The notes under the pieces: generated by a model
Told to the model about the DNA's origin: nothing
Seen by the model: only the letters and a program-made list of their open reading frames with translations
Databases searched by the model: none
NCBI RefSeq assembly: GCF_036321535.1
Contig: NC_087437.1
Span: 44,518,001 to 44,582,000, forward strand
Length of the DNA stretch: 64,000 nt
Direction: 5' to 3'
Source: Camelus dromedarius
Lineage: Eukaryota
Position numbers and translations under genes: made by a program
Shown here: one piece after another, positions 25,401 to 38,479 of the stretch
How positions within the stretch are numbered: position 1 is the first letter of the stretch
Layout: every line of letters starts with the position of its first letter

Positions 25401-27330
25401 CAGAGTAAATATCTAAAACAATGTGATTTCATGCAAAATGTGGTGGTTGTCTGCTGTTTTAGATCATCCATGAGACTGTTTCTGTATATAATCTTGGAGA
25501 ATTGAAGACTGTCTTTTTTACCACTTGAATTATTTAAAATCTATTTACACAGCAGGCTCTAAGAACCACATGTAGGGTATGCTTCATGAATTCTTTTATG
25601 GGTTAATGTTGAACCAAAACATAGTTGAGTGCTCCTAAAGTAAACATTTTCCATTTGCAGTATTCTCTGAAGAGTTTTTGAATTTTAAGTATGTAAAAAT
25701 AAATCTTGTAATGCTACTTTAAAGTGTTATTGCATTTGCTTCAAACTGCTGGCATTGTAAATTTCGGTCCCATACGATTTCATTTGAGAGATGCATCCTA
25801 GATGAAAAAATGTGTTCTCCTCGTGTTTTGCCTATCAACGGCCACTCAGTTCTAAATTTTTTAGTAAGAGTTGAAAAATTAAAACTTTGGAATATTATGT
25901 TTTTGAGATATAGCCTTCTCAGTGTTGGACTTTTGAGGAATATAAATGTGGACTGCTTTTGTAATAAGTCAAAGGCCAGACTTTGGGACCTCTTTTGCAT
26001 GTCAAACTAGCTCTGTCTGGTGGAAATAAGTCAGGTAATGAACTTTCTTTGCTTGATACCTCAGTTCCATGAAGTGACACTACCTGTATAGTCACAAAGA
26101 CAGTGACTTACATACATAAATCCCTGTGTGATTACTGAGTATCCTCAGAGCTTTCTGTTAGACACAGGAGCTCTGGAAGACCTTTCTTCTCTTTTTTCCC
26201 TACCCTTCCTGTTAATTTCTTAGGTTTTGGACTAGATAACATTTACAAAAATATATTCAGTAAAATTTTTAAGGAAATAGAGGGTTAAACTAAGCTACAC
26301 AGATTTCTTTACTATAGAACTTTTAAACCTATTATTACTGTATTGTTTTTTTCCCCAAAATTCCAAAGGCACTGTAGTCAGGAAGATTTCTCAAATTTAT
26401 TTGACCATGGAGTTCATTTTCAGAGGAGCATCTGGCAGGACTATCATTCAGTCAAACCTGCTGTGGGACTGCTGGCCTGAAGCGCCTGCCCCTTCCCCTT
26501 CCTGCTGCAAATCCTTCCCCAGCTTTATGCCCTTACGCAGAGATGTATGGTTTGTACCTCAGCTTTTACAGGTTTGGTAGCTTGGGATATAGTGTAAAAA
26601 GTAATCCAGAAGGTAGGAAAGGCCAGGGCTGATTATGTCACATATGATGGCAAAGTTTAACACCTGCAGGTGCACCTGCTTTTGAGTCAGCAGGAAACAA
26701 ACAACTAGCAACAAAAAAAATCACCTGTTTGATTGTTTAACAATTAAAGTTGTAATTAGATTTGTAATTGAATTTTTGGTATAGTCTATAGTCTGGAAAA
26801 TCAGTGTATCCCAACTAATCTTCTACTCAGCGTGATCTGTTCTGGTTCATTGCTAACCATGTTCAAAAATCTTACTTTTTAAAATACAAATTTGAACAAA
26901 ATTCATAAGCAGCCTTCTCTAACCAGTCCCTCAGGTGATTTTTTTCCCCCATTTCAGTGACAGAATAGAAAATGCAGTTTTATTTTGGGAAAAATGATTA
27001 AGTGAGAGTTTTTAAGGTAATTCAGATACAAACATTTTCATGCTAGAGGTCAAAAAGATAATGTGCATTTTTTTTTTGCAATTATTTTTAGACTGCATCT
27101 CATTGCAGTATTCACCTGCTCCACAAACACACTTAAGTTGTGTGTTTCACAGAGAAACTCTGAAAGTCTCAGTCATTTCAATATTCCAAGAAAGCTTTGA
27201 TGAATATTGAACTGAGTAAGTACAGGCCAGTTCAATATTCAGTAACCTTTCTCAGTGATGTTGGTGTTTCTGGGATGGCTTCTAGTACACTAGGGAAAAC
27301 TGGACAAAACTAAAAGGCTTTCTTTAGACC

Positions 27331-27443
27331 TAGGGTAACTATATCACACATAGTCCAGGCAGGATGCTTTTGAGAGTAAAAGGGTTGCCGGGAATAACTA
27401 CACAAGATAACAGGTATTTACTGGGTGGCATGATGGCTATTTA
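27331..27443. mobile_element. MER81/MER94-like hAT-Blackjack MITE
   Basis: tagggtaactatat...ttttgagagtaaaaggg...ataacaggt matches the recalled tagggtgaccatat...ttttgagagtgaaaggg consensus. Confidence 0.65.
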
Positions 27444-27506
27444 GATTAAAACTAAGATTTTCCAATATATTTGACCATTGAATCCAGGTGACATTTAGTT
27501 AGGAGG

Positions 27507-27860
27507 TGTTACAGAATGAAATGTATTTTCCTAAAATTCATATGTTGAAGTACTAACCCCCAGGCCCTCAGACTGGATTTAGAGAGAGGATCTTTAGATA
27601 GAGATAATTAAGTTAAAATGAGGGCACTGGGTGGGATATGATTGGTATCCTTCTAAGAAGAGGAAATAGGACACAAACATAGAAGCAGGACCACGTGGAG
27701 GCACGGGGGGAGATGACCATCGACAAGCCACAGAGAGAGGCCTCAGAAGAACCCCACCCTGCAGGCATCTTGATCGCGAACTTCTAGCCTATAGAACTTC
27801 TGCTCTGTAAGCCACCCACTTGATGGTATTTTGTTATAACAACCCTAGCAAACAGATGCA
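27507..27860 (+). mobile_element. MaLR solo LTR (MLT1B-like)
   Basis: tgttacagaatgaa...aaaattcatatgttgaagtactaacccc...gagagaggcctcagaagaa...taagccaccca...ccctagcaaacagatgca. Confidence 0.88.
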
Positions 27861-30714
27861 AGAGAAAATTTAGAAACAGCTTCTTTGACTTTATCATAAA
27901 AAAGTACAGAGGAAAGAGACACAATTTCAGTATGCCTTTATTTTCACCATCTTCAAGAAGAAAAACAAAAAAATGCTACCATTCAGTGCCTATTATGATA
28001 GCTCACTAGTCTCTGTTCCTGATTAGGTCTGAGTAACATTTTTTTGGCTTATAACTTGATAGTATGATCACTTGAACAAGTTCTTCTAACCCGGGCATCA
28101 GCCCTGATGAGAGAAAATTATAGAACCCAGCCTAATTAATTAATTCTGGTCCTTCATAAAAGAAATGACTCTCACCACTTCTGCACTAGTAACTCATGTA
28201 AATGAGTGTTTCCACGTACAACAATATGTGAGGATTCTATGGTGGGAGCCAGAGAAGGGAGAAACGTTCTTAAAAGAAAGAAGTTGGACAGCCTGTATTT
28301 GGTTGACCCTAAGAGAGGACAAGACTTGAAACAAAGACCCTATGATAAGAATTAAAATTAGTGATGGTTGATACAGATTTTTAATCATTGCCCTTTTCTG
28401 TCTGTGACTCAAAACTTTAAAAGCCTGCTGAAGGCAAAGGCTCTATATTGAGTTACGTGGGAAGGTACAGGGAAAGGGTTGTAGTGGTAATGGCAAGAAG
28501 CTGGGAATTTGGGGCATCCTCAAGATGGGAGTTCAGCAGTCAGTCTCATGATGAAATGAAGAATCATAGCAGAGTCCCTGTTTTATAAGAACAGAGGTGC
28601 TGGGCAGGTTATCACTTTAGGCGAGGGAGAGGAACGAGAAAAACACCAGGAACTAAGTTCCTGGAACTGGTATGAAGAGTTTTAGGTTCCAGGTAAAGCC
28701 CAGCCATTAAAATGTGGACAGGAGTGCAAGACCTCCTTGGGTTCCCCTTAAATGGCGTTCGGATTGGCCCTGTGTCTGCTCTGGGGCTGAGCTCTTACAG
28801 CACCATCAAGTCAACGGAGGTGAAGAGGGAGTCAGGTGGGCAAGAAGTGCGTCCTTACCCAGGCTGCACTAGACAAGGTGATGCACAGAAACAAGGGAAG
28901 GCAGCCCAGAACTGCGCTGGTGTTGTACAAAGTGCAAGCTTGGTAATTAGACACAGGGCAGGAGGAGTTGGCAAGACTCCCTGAAACACAGTGTTGAGTA
29001 CAGCCTCTAGCATTTCAGAGGGACCCAGGGGCATGGGCACGGCTGTACTGGCACGCTGGGCTGGCACGCGGTTCAAAACCATTCTTCAGCAGACTTCAGG
29101 AGGATAAAGTTAAATCTCACGGTCAGTATTTCAAATAGTGACAGTCACATCACCCATTGACTACAACTACTAATCAAAAGGTAGAGAGCCTGTGTGAAGT
29201 GAGGGGTTGGGCCGGGTGATTTCGCTTTCGCTATCTTCAGGGTTCTGGTTGTCAGGTTCAGTTGGCTGAGTGCGGTGTGAAAGGTGCAAAGGTTCTGCAT
29301 TGTGTGTTTTTTCTCTCTTTTCATATACACTGCTGCATTATTCACAATTTTAGATTTAGATTTTAGATTCCTAGCACTGGAAGGGATCTTGAAGATCAGG
29401 AATGCACTCTGTCCCATATAAAAATGAGGAAGTAGCAGACTTGTCTCTTCAATTGCATGATTTAAATACCTGAGTCTATAAATGATGTCTTATGTTTGTC
29501 TTTAATTCCTTATAGTGTCTAGCTTGATACTGTGGACATACTATTCTTGAACGAAAGAGTGAATAAAATTTGTGAGAATGGGCACAAAAAAGCAAATGGT
29601 GATCATTACCTGAGATGCTGACAGCTTGGAGAAATGTGCTATCCTTTCTCCAAATAACCATATATAAAAACATACTTTTAAAAATTGCCTATAATTTCAG
29701 AGGATTTATGGATCCCCTAAAAAATTTTTTTAGATAAACCCCTTTATGGACTTAAGGAAACCAGATTAAAAATTTTTCTTCAGGCATCCATAACCTATTT
29801 GGATAGACTTTATATTCAGAGGGAAAAGAAGGAAAATATAATTTGGGGGATAAAATTCTCTTAGGGGGAAAGATTCAAAGCTAATAAGGAGATGTGTTAA
29901 AAATCTGAGCACTGAGATGATACTTGAGCAAAGAGTTGTATCATTTTCTGAAAGAAAGATAATCTCAACATACCACTAACCATCTAAAATTATGTGGGCA
30001 GTTATTTTTAGCCTTTAGAGAGTTTTAAGTACGTGGCATATGATGTTACACAATCACTGCTGAAACTCTAATGCCTTTATTTTTTCTTCTCTAAATTAGA
30101 GCAAACCATAAGATAGGAATCATTTTGGCAAATGTTAACTCAAAATTTATATTGCCATTTAGTAGGTAGTTCATTATAAGACATAGCAGAAATGCTGCAA
30201 ATTTTATAAACATGAAAGTAACTATGGTATAATTAGAACTGCTGTAAAGTCACATTTGAATATAATGGAGTAGATGATGATGAAATATGACTTTCTTTAG
30301 GCTATACTTTACAGTGCAGGGATGGCCAGGTGATTTACATCAACATGGTGAACAAGGCTATCGGTAAGTGAGCTGTGCAGTCTCAAAGTGTGTGCTGTGT
30401 TGACTGCTCCTTCACCGTCGAGCAGCCCTCAGGGGCTGGGGTAATGCCCACTGCTACTTCCTGACCCTCTCTTACCCAAAGAATTCTTATCAGAGCCTAG
30501 AACAGTTGTCCAAATCTTTGTCCCGTCTTAGGTCTTAGCTCTACATAAAGAAGGCAGTTCTCAGCAGAGAGTTTTAGGAGTAGCTTTGTGCTGGATTAGC
30601 TTCTTCACGTGGCCTCTTGGTTATAGAAGCAAGCTCCTGGAATACTATTCAAGATGCTTATTAGCAATCTTTTAGTATTGCTGAAGTAGAGAAAGAATAT
30701 AATTGCACATGAAT

Positions 30715-30870
30715 GGGGAGGGTATAGCTCAGTGGTAGAATATATGCCTTGCACAAGGTCCTGGGTTCAATCCCCAGTACTTCCATTAAAAAAAAAAAAA
30801 TCAAATTATTTCCCAACCCCCCAAAAAAACCCCAAACAAAACACATACACACGTTAAAACCAAAACACAA
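30715..30870 (+). mobile_element. tRNA-Ala-derived SINE (vic-1-like), copy 2
   Basis: ggggagggtatagctcagtggtag...ggtcctgggttcaatccccagtacttcca plus an A/C-rich tail. cacatga is repeated on both flanks. There is a small deletion in the anticodon arm. Confidence 0.9.
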
Positions 30871-31160
30871 ATACACATGATTATGGACTTCTCTCTGCAA
30901 GATGTATTTATATGCCCTGAGGGTGTCCCCTCTGTTATTCTATCAATGAGCATTTCTCAAGTGACTATTATAAGTTGATTCACAAGGAGGCAAAAGAAGA
31001 GGCTACTTATTCAAGAAGCTAAAAATCCAGAAGGGATATGAGGAGTAATTACAAAAGAATGTGGCAGTAGTCCAGAAAAGAAGAAGGTGCTGCAGAAATG
31101 GGATGGACACCTTTCTCAGCCTAAAAAGTCAGTTACAGAGGATGTGTAGCTTTGACTATG

Positions 31161-33535
31161 TTATTTTTTTAAATTTATTGAGATAATTTACATAGTGTAA
31201 AATTCACCATTTTAAAGAGTACAGTTCACAAATTCTTTTAGTGTACTTACAGTTTTGCAACAATTACCACTGTCTAATCCCCAAAACATTCTCATCACTC
31301 CAAAAAAGAAACCCTGTACCCATCAGGAGTCACTCCTCATTGCTCGTGCTTCCGGCTCTGTAGATTTCCATACTCTGAATATTTCATATAAATGAAATTA
31401 TATGTTTTGTGGCTGGATTCTTTCACTTAGTATAATATTTTCAAAGTTGATCTATCACAGAATGTGTCAGTACTTCATTCTTTTTTATGGCTGAATAATT
31501 TTCCATTTTATGGACATCCCACATACTGTCTATGCATTCATCAGGTAATGGACATTTGAGTTTTCTTCCCTTTTTGACTGTTTCAAATAATGCTGCTACA
31601 CACATTCAGATACAAGTTTTTATATAAACATAGGCTTTTGATTCTCTTGGGTATATACCCAGGAGTAGAATTACTAGGTTGTGTGGTAACTCTGTGCTTT
31701 TGGAAGAATTGCCAAATTGTTTTCTATAGAAGATACATCATTTTAAATTCTCACCAGCAACAAATGAAGAGTTCAGTTGTTCTACATCCTTGCCTTCCTT
31801 TGTTATTTTTCTGATTTTGTTTTGTTTTTTAAAATTATGGTTATCTTAGTTATAAAGTGCCAGCTGATTGTGGTTTTAATTTGCATTTTCCTAATGACTA
31901 ATGATGTTGAGCAGCTTTTCATAAGATTATTGGCCGTTTATATATCTTCTTTGAAGAAATGCTTGTTTAGCTCTTTTGCCCATTTTTTCTTTGGGTTATT
32001 GTCTTTTCACTGTCAAGAGGTATGAGCTCTTTATCAGTATTTAATTTATAAATATTTTCTCCTATTCTGTACATGGTCTTTTCACTGTCTTACTATTGTC
32101 TTTTGTGGCACAAAAGTTCTTAATTTTATTGGAATCCAATTTATCTTTTTTCCCTCTTTAGCTACACATGCTTTTGGCATCATTGCTAAGAAACTGTTGC
32201 CTAGTCCAAGATTTACATGTATGTTTTCTTCTAAGAAATTTACAGTTTTAGCTCTTATACTTTGGTTTTTTTTAAATTAATTTTGAGTCAAGTTTTAGAA
32301 ATGGAATGATGAAGGTGTCTGCATTTATTCTTTTGACTGTATCCAGTTGTTTTAGTACCACTTGTTGAAGACAGTTTTTTCCCTAGAATGTCTTGGCATC
32401 CTTGTTGACAATCAGTTATGCATAGATATAAGGATTTATTTATGTACTCTCAATTCTGTACACAAAGAACTATGTATGTACCTAAGCAAGCAATTTTCCA
32501 AGGAAGAAATACAAATGATCAATAGGCACATGAAAAAATGCTGAATATCACTAATTATCAGAGAAATGCAAATAAAAACTGCAGTGAGATATCACCTCAC
32601 ACCAGCCAGAATGGCCATCATTCATAAGTCCACAAATGACAAATGCTGGAGAGAATGTGGAGAAAAGAGAACCCTCCTACACTGTTGGTGGGAATGCAGT
32701 TTGGTGCAGCCACTGTGGAAAACAGTATGGAGATTCCTCAGAAGACTAGGAATAGACTTACCACATGACCCAGGAATCCCGCTGCTGGGCATATATCCAG
32801 AAGGAACCCTACTTCAAAAAGACACCTGCACCCCAATGTTCATAGCAGCACTATTTACAATAGCCAAGATGTGGAAACAGCCTAAATGTCCACCGACAGA
32901 TGACTGGATAGAGAAGATGTGGTATACTTATACAATGGAATACTATTCAGCCATAAAATGACAACGTAATGCCATTTGCAGCAACATGGATGTTCCTGGA
33001 GAATGTCATTCTAAGTGAAGTAAGCCAGAAAGAGAAAGAAAAATACCATATGAGATCGCTCATATGTGGAATCTAAAAAAACATAAATACAAAACAGAAG
33101 CAGACTCATAGACACAGAATACAAACTTGTGGTTGACAGAGGGGAGGTGGGTGGGAAGGGACAGACTGGGAGTTCAAAATTTATAGATACTGACAGGCAT
33201 ATGTAGAATAGATAAACAAGATTATACTGTATAGCACAGGGAAATATATACAAAATCCTGTGATAGCTCACAGTGAAAAAGAATGCAACAACGAATATAC
33301 GTATGTTCATGTATAACTGAAAAATTGTGCTCTACACTGCAAATTGACACAACATTGTAAACTGACTAACTCAATTAAAAAAAAAAAAAACTATATGTCT
33401 GTCTTTAGACCAACACCATGTTACCTTGATTACTGTAACTTTGTGTTAAGTTTTTGTAGTCTGTGGAAAGTATGGGTCCTTTAACTTTGTTCTTGTTTTG
33501 ATTATTCTGGGTACCTTGCATTCCCGTATAAAGTT
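31161..33535 (-). mobile_element. Old L1MB/MC-type 3' half, split by a younger L1
   Basis: Starts tttattgagataatttacatagtgtaaaattcaccattttaaag (L1M 3' terminus, antisense). It continues to ~32465 and resumes at 33391 (ctatatgtctgtcttt...ttgattactgtaactttg). Confidence 0.85.
32480..33390 (+). mobile_element. Young 5'-truncated L1 (ORF2 C-terminus, 3' UTR, poly-A)
   Basis: ORF 32566-32961 is the L1 ORF2 cysteine-rich end ([18 protein letters not shown]...[14 protein letters not shown]). The G-rich 3' UTR tract and A14 tail are present. Degenerate TSD aactat(g/a)t. Confidence 0.95.
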
Positions 33536-33559
33536 TGGACTAAATTTTGAAAGATAAGT

Positions 33560-33830
33560 GGGAGATGTTGATCAGATTTTTTTGGATGAAAGGCTTTTAG
33601 AAAGAGAAATGTCAGATACAAAAGGAATGTAGCTAAGGTCAAAATGAGGTGTATTCCAGATGAAGAGCTACTCAGTCACAAGCACTGAGATAAGGGGAAG
33701 TAGGTACTCTGTGATAATGTGTGGCAGGATGAGTAGTGAGAGATGAGGATGGAACAGTAGGTGGGGCCAGACCACAGTGCATTTGGTTATGTAGGCAGTA
33801 TTTTATTCTGTAGGCAGAGGAGTTACTAAT
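33560..33830 (-). mobile_element. L2 remnant
   Basis: attccagatgaagag...gagagatgaggatggaacagtaggtggggccagaccac...ttttattctgtaggca. Confidence 0.6.
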
Positions 33831-33949
33831 GTTGATGCCAATACTGCTTTGTTGTTCCTGTGCTAAAGTGAGTATTTTTTCCTGGTATTTGGGAACCATT
33901 AGCGTTCTCTTTGGATATGTGTGTGTATACACACATATATATATACACA

Positions 33950-34152
33950 ACAACAACACAGGTTTGAACTTCTCAGGCCCACTTATATGTGGATTTTTTT
34001 TGATAAACATGTCTCGCAGTACTACACAATCTGTGATTGGTTGAATCCACAGATGCAAAACCACAGATATAGATGGTGACTGTAAAGTTATAAGCAGATT
34101 TTTCAACTACATGGAGGGTTGACATCCCAATCTGCACTTTCAGAGTCAACTG
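33950..34152. mobile_element. Tigger2/MER8-like TcMar MITE
   Basis: acacaggtttgaact...ccacttatatgtggatttttt...ggttgaatccacagatgc...gtcaactg followed by TA (Tigger TIR and TA target). Confidence 0.8.
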
Positions 34153-36225
34153 TATATACGGAGAAATATTGATACATAGAGATATTTTAAACCAGCCCCA
34201 CCCTCCCAAATAATACAGAGTTCTGCTTAAACAAAATAAATTTCAGTAAGTCCTCTACATATTTTATAGTTAGTTGCCCAAGATAGGCATTCATACTAAA
34301 CTGTAATAGTGACTCTGACTTTTCTAAATTACGCACATTGGAAAAAGCCAACAAAAATAACAATGAATTAAAAGATAAATGTTTTCCATTATTTTTCTTT
34401 CTATCTTAAGACTCCATGTTTTCTTATTTGTCTTCTGTTTTGGTGCTTAATCAAACTTCACCACTGATACCATCCTCAAGTACAGTTTTGCATTTTGCCT
34501 GAGTTTAATCTCCTTGGGTGAGTGAAATTGTGCTTTATACTTTAATCTCTTTGGGAAAGTCCAATGCAATATGGTACCAATGAGTCACACATTTGTTTTT
34601 AGTGCAGTAAAGTTTAGCATGTTATTTCTTCTAAGTGCCCCAGATTGAACAACAGTTTATAATTTTAACTACACATTTTCTATAATAAACATAAAAAACA
34701 CATCAAGAATTGTGTTAATAATAAATATCAGCCACTATTCTTTCTCTTTTATCCCATGACAAATAACTTTCAAAGCAATAAATGCCCTGAGATGTACAGA
34801 GTATCTCCATTGTACAGATGAAAAAATTGAGGTTGAATGAGTCAGAACACTGCTTTCCTCCACCAACAACCCATTTCCATGTTATTTTTCTTAAATTCTA
34901 GAGAGCCACTAAAGTGCTTTGCTATGAAGTACAGTAGCTTAAGTCACTTTGTGAAATGTGTTGATGGTCCAATTTGATAGCCAGAAAACCAAGGAAAAGC
35001 TAAATTATGGAAATTAAGCAAGGAAATGAAGACCTTTTACAATCTAAGTTTTTATGGTACTGTTTAGATCACCACCTGGTCTTTCAAGCATCTTGTATGA
35101 ATCTTTTCCATGTCTGCCTGGAGGCTGTGTTTGTGGTTATGTTTTTGTTTTTTGTTTTTTTTTTTTTTATTCCCAATGATTGAACTAGAAAAATGAAGGC
35201 AAGGGAGATTGAAAAAGAGGAACTGCCGGTGTCGGCAGGGCAATGTTAAAAATAAAATTTTTGTTATAAAGTATTAAAGTGAAAAGGGACAGTAGAAGGG
35301 CAAGAAAGAGAGTAACATATTGAATGTGAAGAGACAGTGAATGGAAACACTATTTGACCTACATTTTCATCTGTAAAGGCAAAAAGGAGGCGATTAAAAC
35401 CAGTTTCGGTTAAAAAAAAAAAAAACCTTCTTCTGCACTTCAAGATTCCAGAGCTTATCTCAGTTCTGAAATAAGGCCATCTCTGTCTCAAATCCAGTTC
35501 TGCAAAACACCAGTTTAATACTGATAAGGTACCTGTTAGTTTCTTTGCCAGCATCGCTCATGATCATGAATTGCTTTTAGAAAATTTAGAAGAGTTCTGC
35601 TAGTGCTGAAGGAAGAGGTCAGAGCATTGATGTGTTGACATCCAGGTAGATTCCATTATATTTGGCAGTTTCCTCACCGGGTGCATGAAATCATCAGCGC
35701 TTCTCTTTGAGAGCACTTTTTGGGGTTTATTTAATCTCTTCCAGCTTTGCAGCAGGTTTGGAATTCAGGGGTGGAAAGGGCCGAAAGCCGTGCCCAATGC
35801 ACCCCTCACAGTGGGATCTTCCTTGGTCGAGTGTGCTTATTCTGCCCGAAGCAAACAGGTGGGATTATGAGAAGCATGTCTTCTGCCAAAACTCTTCCTT
35901 TCCCCCTTCTCTTCTGCTTTAACAAGTTGTTTGGATTGTGGAAAAATAATTTAGGTATGACTTTACAGTTTTGGTTATGTGTACGTGTTTGTATTTTAGT
36001 GTGTGTTATTTGCCTGATTATCACGGACTATTGACACATGAATCTATTGTGAAAATACACTTGAGGAAACTTTTCCTGGTTTATCTAGAAATGTTGGAGA
36101 AGTAGAAATGGATAGTATATTTTTAGAACAGGTAGCATAATAGACTAGATTTAGAAAACATCAAAAATTACTGTTTTCTCATTAATTTTTTGTCATTTAA
36201 TATTCAGATAATTCTGGAAAGCAAT

Positions 36226-36479
36226 GATTTATTGAACACCTATTATGCACCAAGCACTGTTATAAATGTTGCACAAGTATTTACTTTGAATTTCACAACA
36301 ATATGAGAAAGATATTTTCATTATTATTGCTTATATTAATCCCCACTTTCCAGATGAAGAAATCGAAGCAAAAAGAGATAAAATAGGTTTCCCCCAAATT
36401 ACGTAGTGAGTGGAGGAGCTGAGACTGAATTCAGGTATTTTGAGCTCAAAATCTATGTCCCTATTCACCACATTGTGCC
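36226..36479 (-). mobile_element. MIR SINE
   Basis: atttattgaacacctattatgcaccaagcactgt...ccccactttccagatgaagaaatcgaagc...gtggaggagctgagactgaattcagg. Confidence 0.75.
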
Positions 36480-36869
36480 AAAGTAAACAAGTGAGTCAGA
36501 GATTATTATCATCGTTCTGCAAAAAACAGTACTGAAGCTCAGGTTCGCTGAGTTAAGTTTCCTAAAGTGCTGGTACTTCATAGATTCTGTTCTTCACAAT
36601 TACCCTGAACCATGATTTATGCTAAGCTGATTAATATTATAGGTGATCCTTAGGAAGTACTCAGTGAATGCTAATTTAAATGTTAAAGAGAAGCATGAAA
36701 GGGATAATTTTAAAATACTTTCTTGAGGTATCTTCCTTTTGAGGTCAATTTCTCTCCCATATCCTCCGTGGTATATTGGACCCAGTGTCAGAGTGTCAGA
36801 TGCCACTATGTGGTGAACAAGCATATGAGGTAAGGAAGATCTCTTTCAGACAGAAAGGGCCTTGCTGGT

Positions 36870-37021
36870 GAAGGAAAAGATAAAAAGGAAGGAAGAAAGA
36901 GAGAGAGAGAGGGAGAGACAGGGGAAGGAAGGAAGGAAAGAAAAGAAAGAAAGGAAGGGGAGGGGAGGGGAGGGAGGGAAGGGGAGGAAGAGAGAGGGAG
37001 GAAGGAAGGAAGGAAAGAGAG
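36870..37021. repeat. Polypurine (GA/GGAA/GGGGA) low-complexity tract
   Basis: 152 nt with only two pyrimidines on the + strand. Confidence 0.95.
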
Positions 37022-37453
37022 CATGTCCTCAAATGGTGTTTTTGGTCTTCTGAGTTTTAGAAAGAAAGCACCTGGCAGGTACTACTCCAAGTTGATCTCA
37101 CATGGTGATTGCAGTGGAGGAGAAATGGCAGTGTCCTGTGTTTGGCAAAGAGCAGTCCCACTGTGATGTTAGATATTCTCAGCATTTATGCAGCTTGGAA
37201 TGGAACCCATAGGAGAAATGTTACAGCTTTGAATCTGTTGAACTAGCATGGGACACCATATGACCCAATAGCACCATGACAGAGAGTCTTTGATGGGCAG
37301 CCTAAGCTGTGTGACTGACAGCTAGAAAATGTACACTAGTAGAGAAGAGATGTGATCAATTTAAGTGAAATGCGAGCTTCAGAGTAGAGTTGAGGGAGAG
37401 TTTATATGTCATTGGCATCCACTGACTTGATAGCCGTTGCCAGTTGGACATTT

Positions 37454-37580
37454 TTTTAAAGGGGTAGTAGTGTGATTGATTGATTCATTCATTCATTCCT
37501 CTGCCAGAGGTACTGGGGATTGAACCCAGGACCTCATGCATGCCAAGCATATGCTCTACCACTGACCTATACCCTACTCC
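37454..37580 (-). mobile_element. tRNA-Ala-derived SINE (vic-1-like), copy 3
   Basis: gaggtactggggattgaacccaggacctcatgcatgccaagcatatgctctaccactga (antisense tRNA head). Perfect TSD cagttggacattt at 37441-37453 and 37581-37593. Confidence 0.93.
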
Positions 37581-38479
37581 CAGTTGGACATTTATTAACC
37601 AGGTGACACAGGGAAATTGCTGTTGAGGCTTGCAAAATGCTAGAAGACTCTAACATGATCTGTATAGGGATACCAGACCCACTTTCCTGCAGGGACCATT
37701 AAAAAAGCTTCTCATTGAACCAGACCCCATCTTTGAAAATTAACCCTCCCTAAAATAGCATAAGCAAAACAGACTGAGATTTTTTTAATTGACAAATTTA
37801 TTCCTCCATTTGTCCAGGGACAGAGGAGATTAATGAGAAAGTATATGTCAGCTGCAATAAAGTTAAACATTTAAGTTGCTCTTTTTGCGTATTTGAATAT
37901 AATGTGTACATCTTTTTCTTACTTCAAGGATATAATTGTATTACATTTTCCTGAATATATAAATAAAATATATTCATTACGAAAATTCAAACAGTATATA
38001 AAAATAAGAAGAAAGTTAAGGCCTTCTCCAGTTCTCCCACACTGAGATAACTTTCAGTGATATTTCATGGCCACTCTTTTATGCATCTTTATAATATTTA
38101 TATATATGTGTATATACACACAATATGTATATATGTATTCTTTTACTTAATGAGGTCATATATATTCCATATATTATCTCTTCTACCCATCTCCCCCAAA
38201 GTCAGCACCCCAATACTCTACCCTCATCCCACCATAGATAATGCAATTTTCTTTCTTTCATTTAAAATGCACATTCACCTCACAAAAGATGCCTTGTGAA
38301 AACTAAGGGTTTCCTTTAGCCATTCTAGTGGAGTCAACATTGTATACGTTATATATGTGAGTGGTCAAAAAAATCTGTCAAGATGGCTCGATGACTCTGA
38401 GACAGAATCACAGAGAGAAAACTGGCATTTTTTCAGTTATTTTGTGCTCTGGTTAAAAATCACACACTGTGAGGGCTGT

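Noticed and set aside
32566..32961. 131-aa ORF as a host zinc-knuckle gene
   Set aside because: It is the C-terminus of L1 ORF2 in a 5'-truncated element with no promoter.
33672..34209. Longest ORF in the track (144 aa) and its neighbours
   Set aside because: They span an L2 remnant, a CA/TA repeat and a Tigger MITE, with no protein-like features.
36796..37053. ORFs rich in S/L/P/F or E/R/K/G
   Set aside because: These are translations of the polypurine tract.
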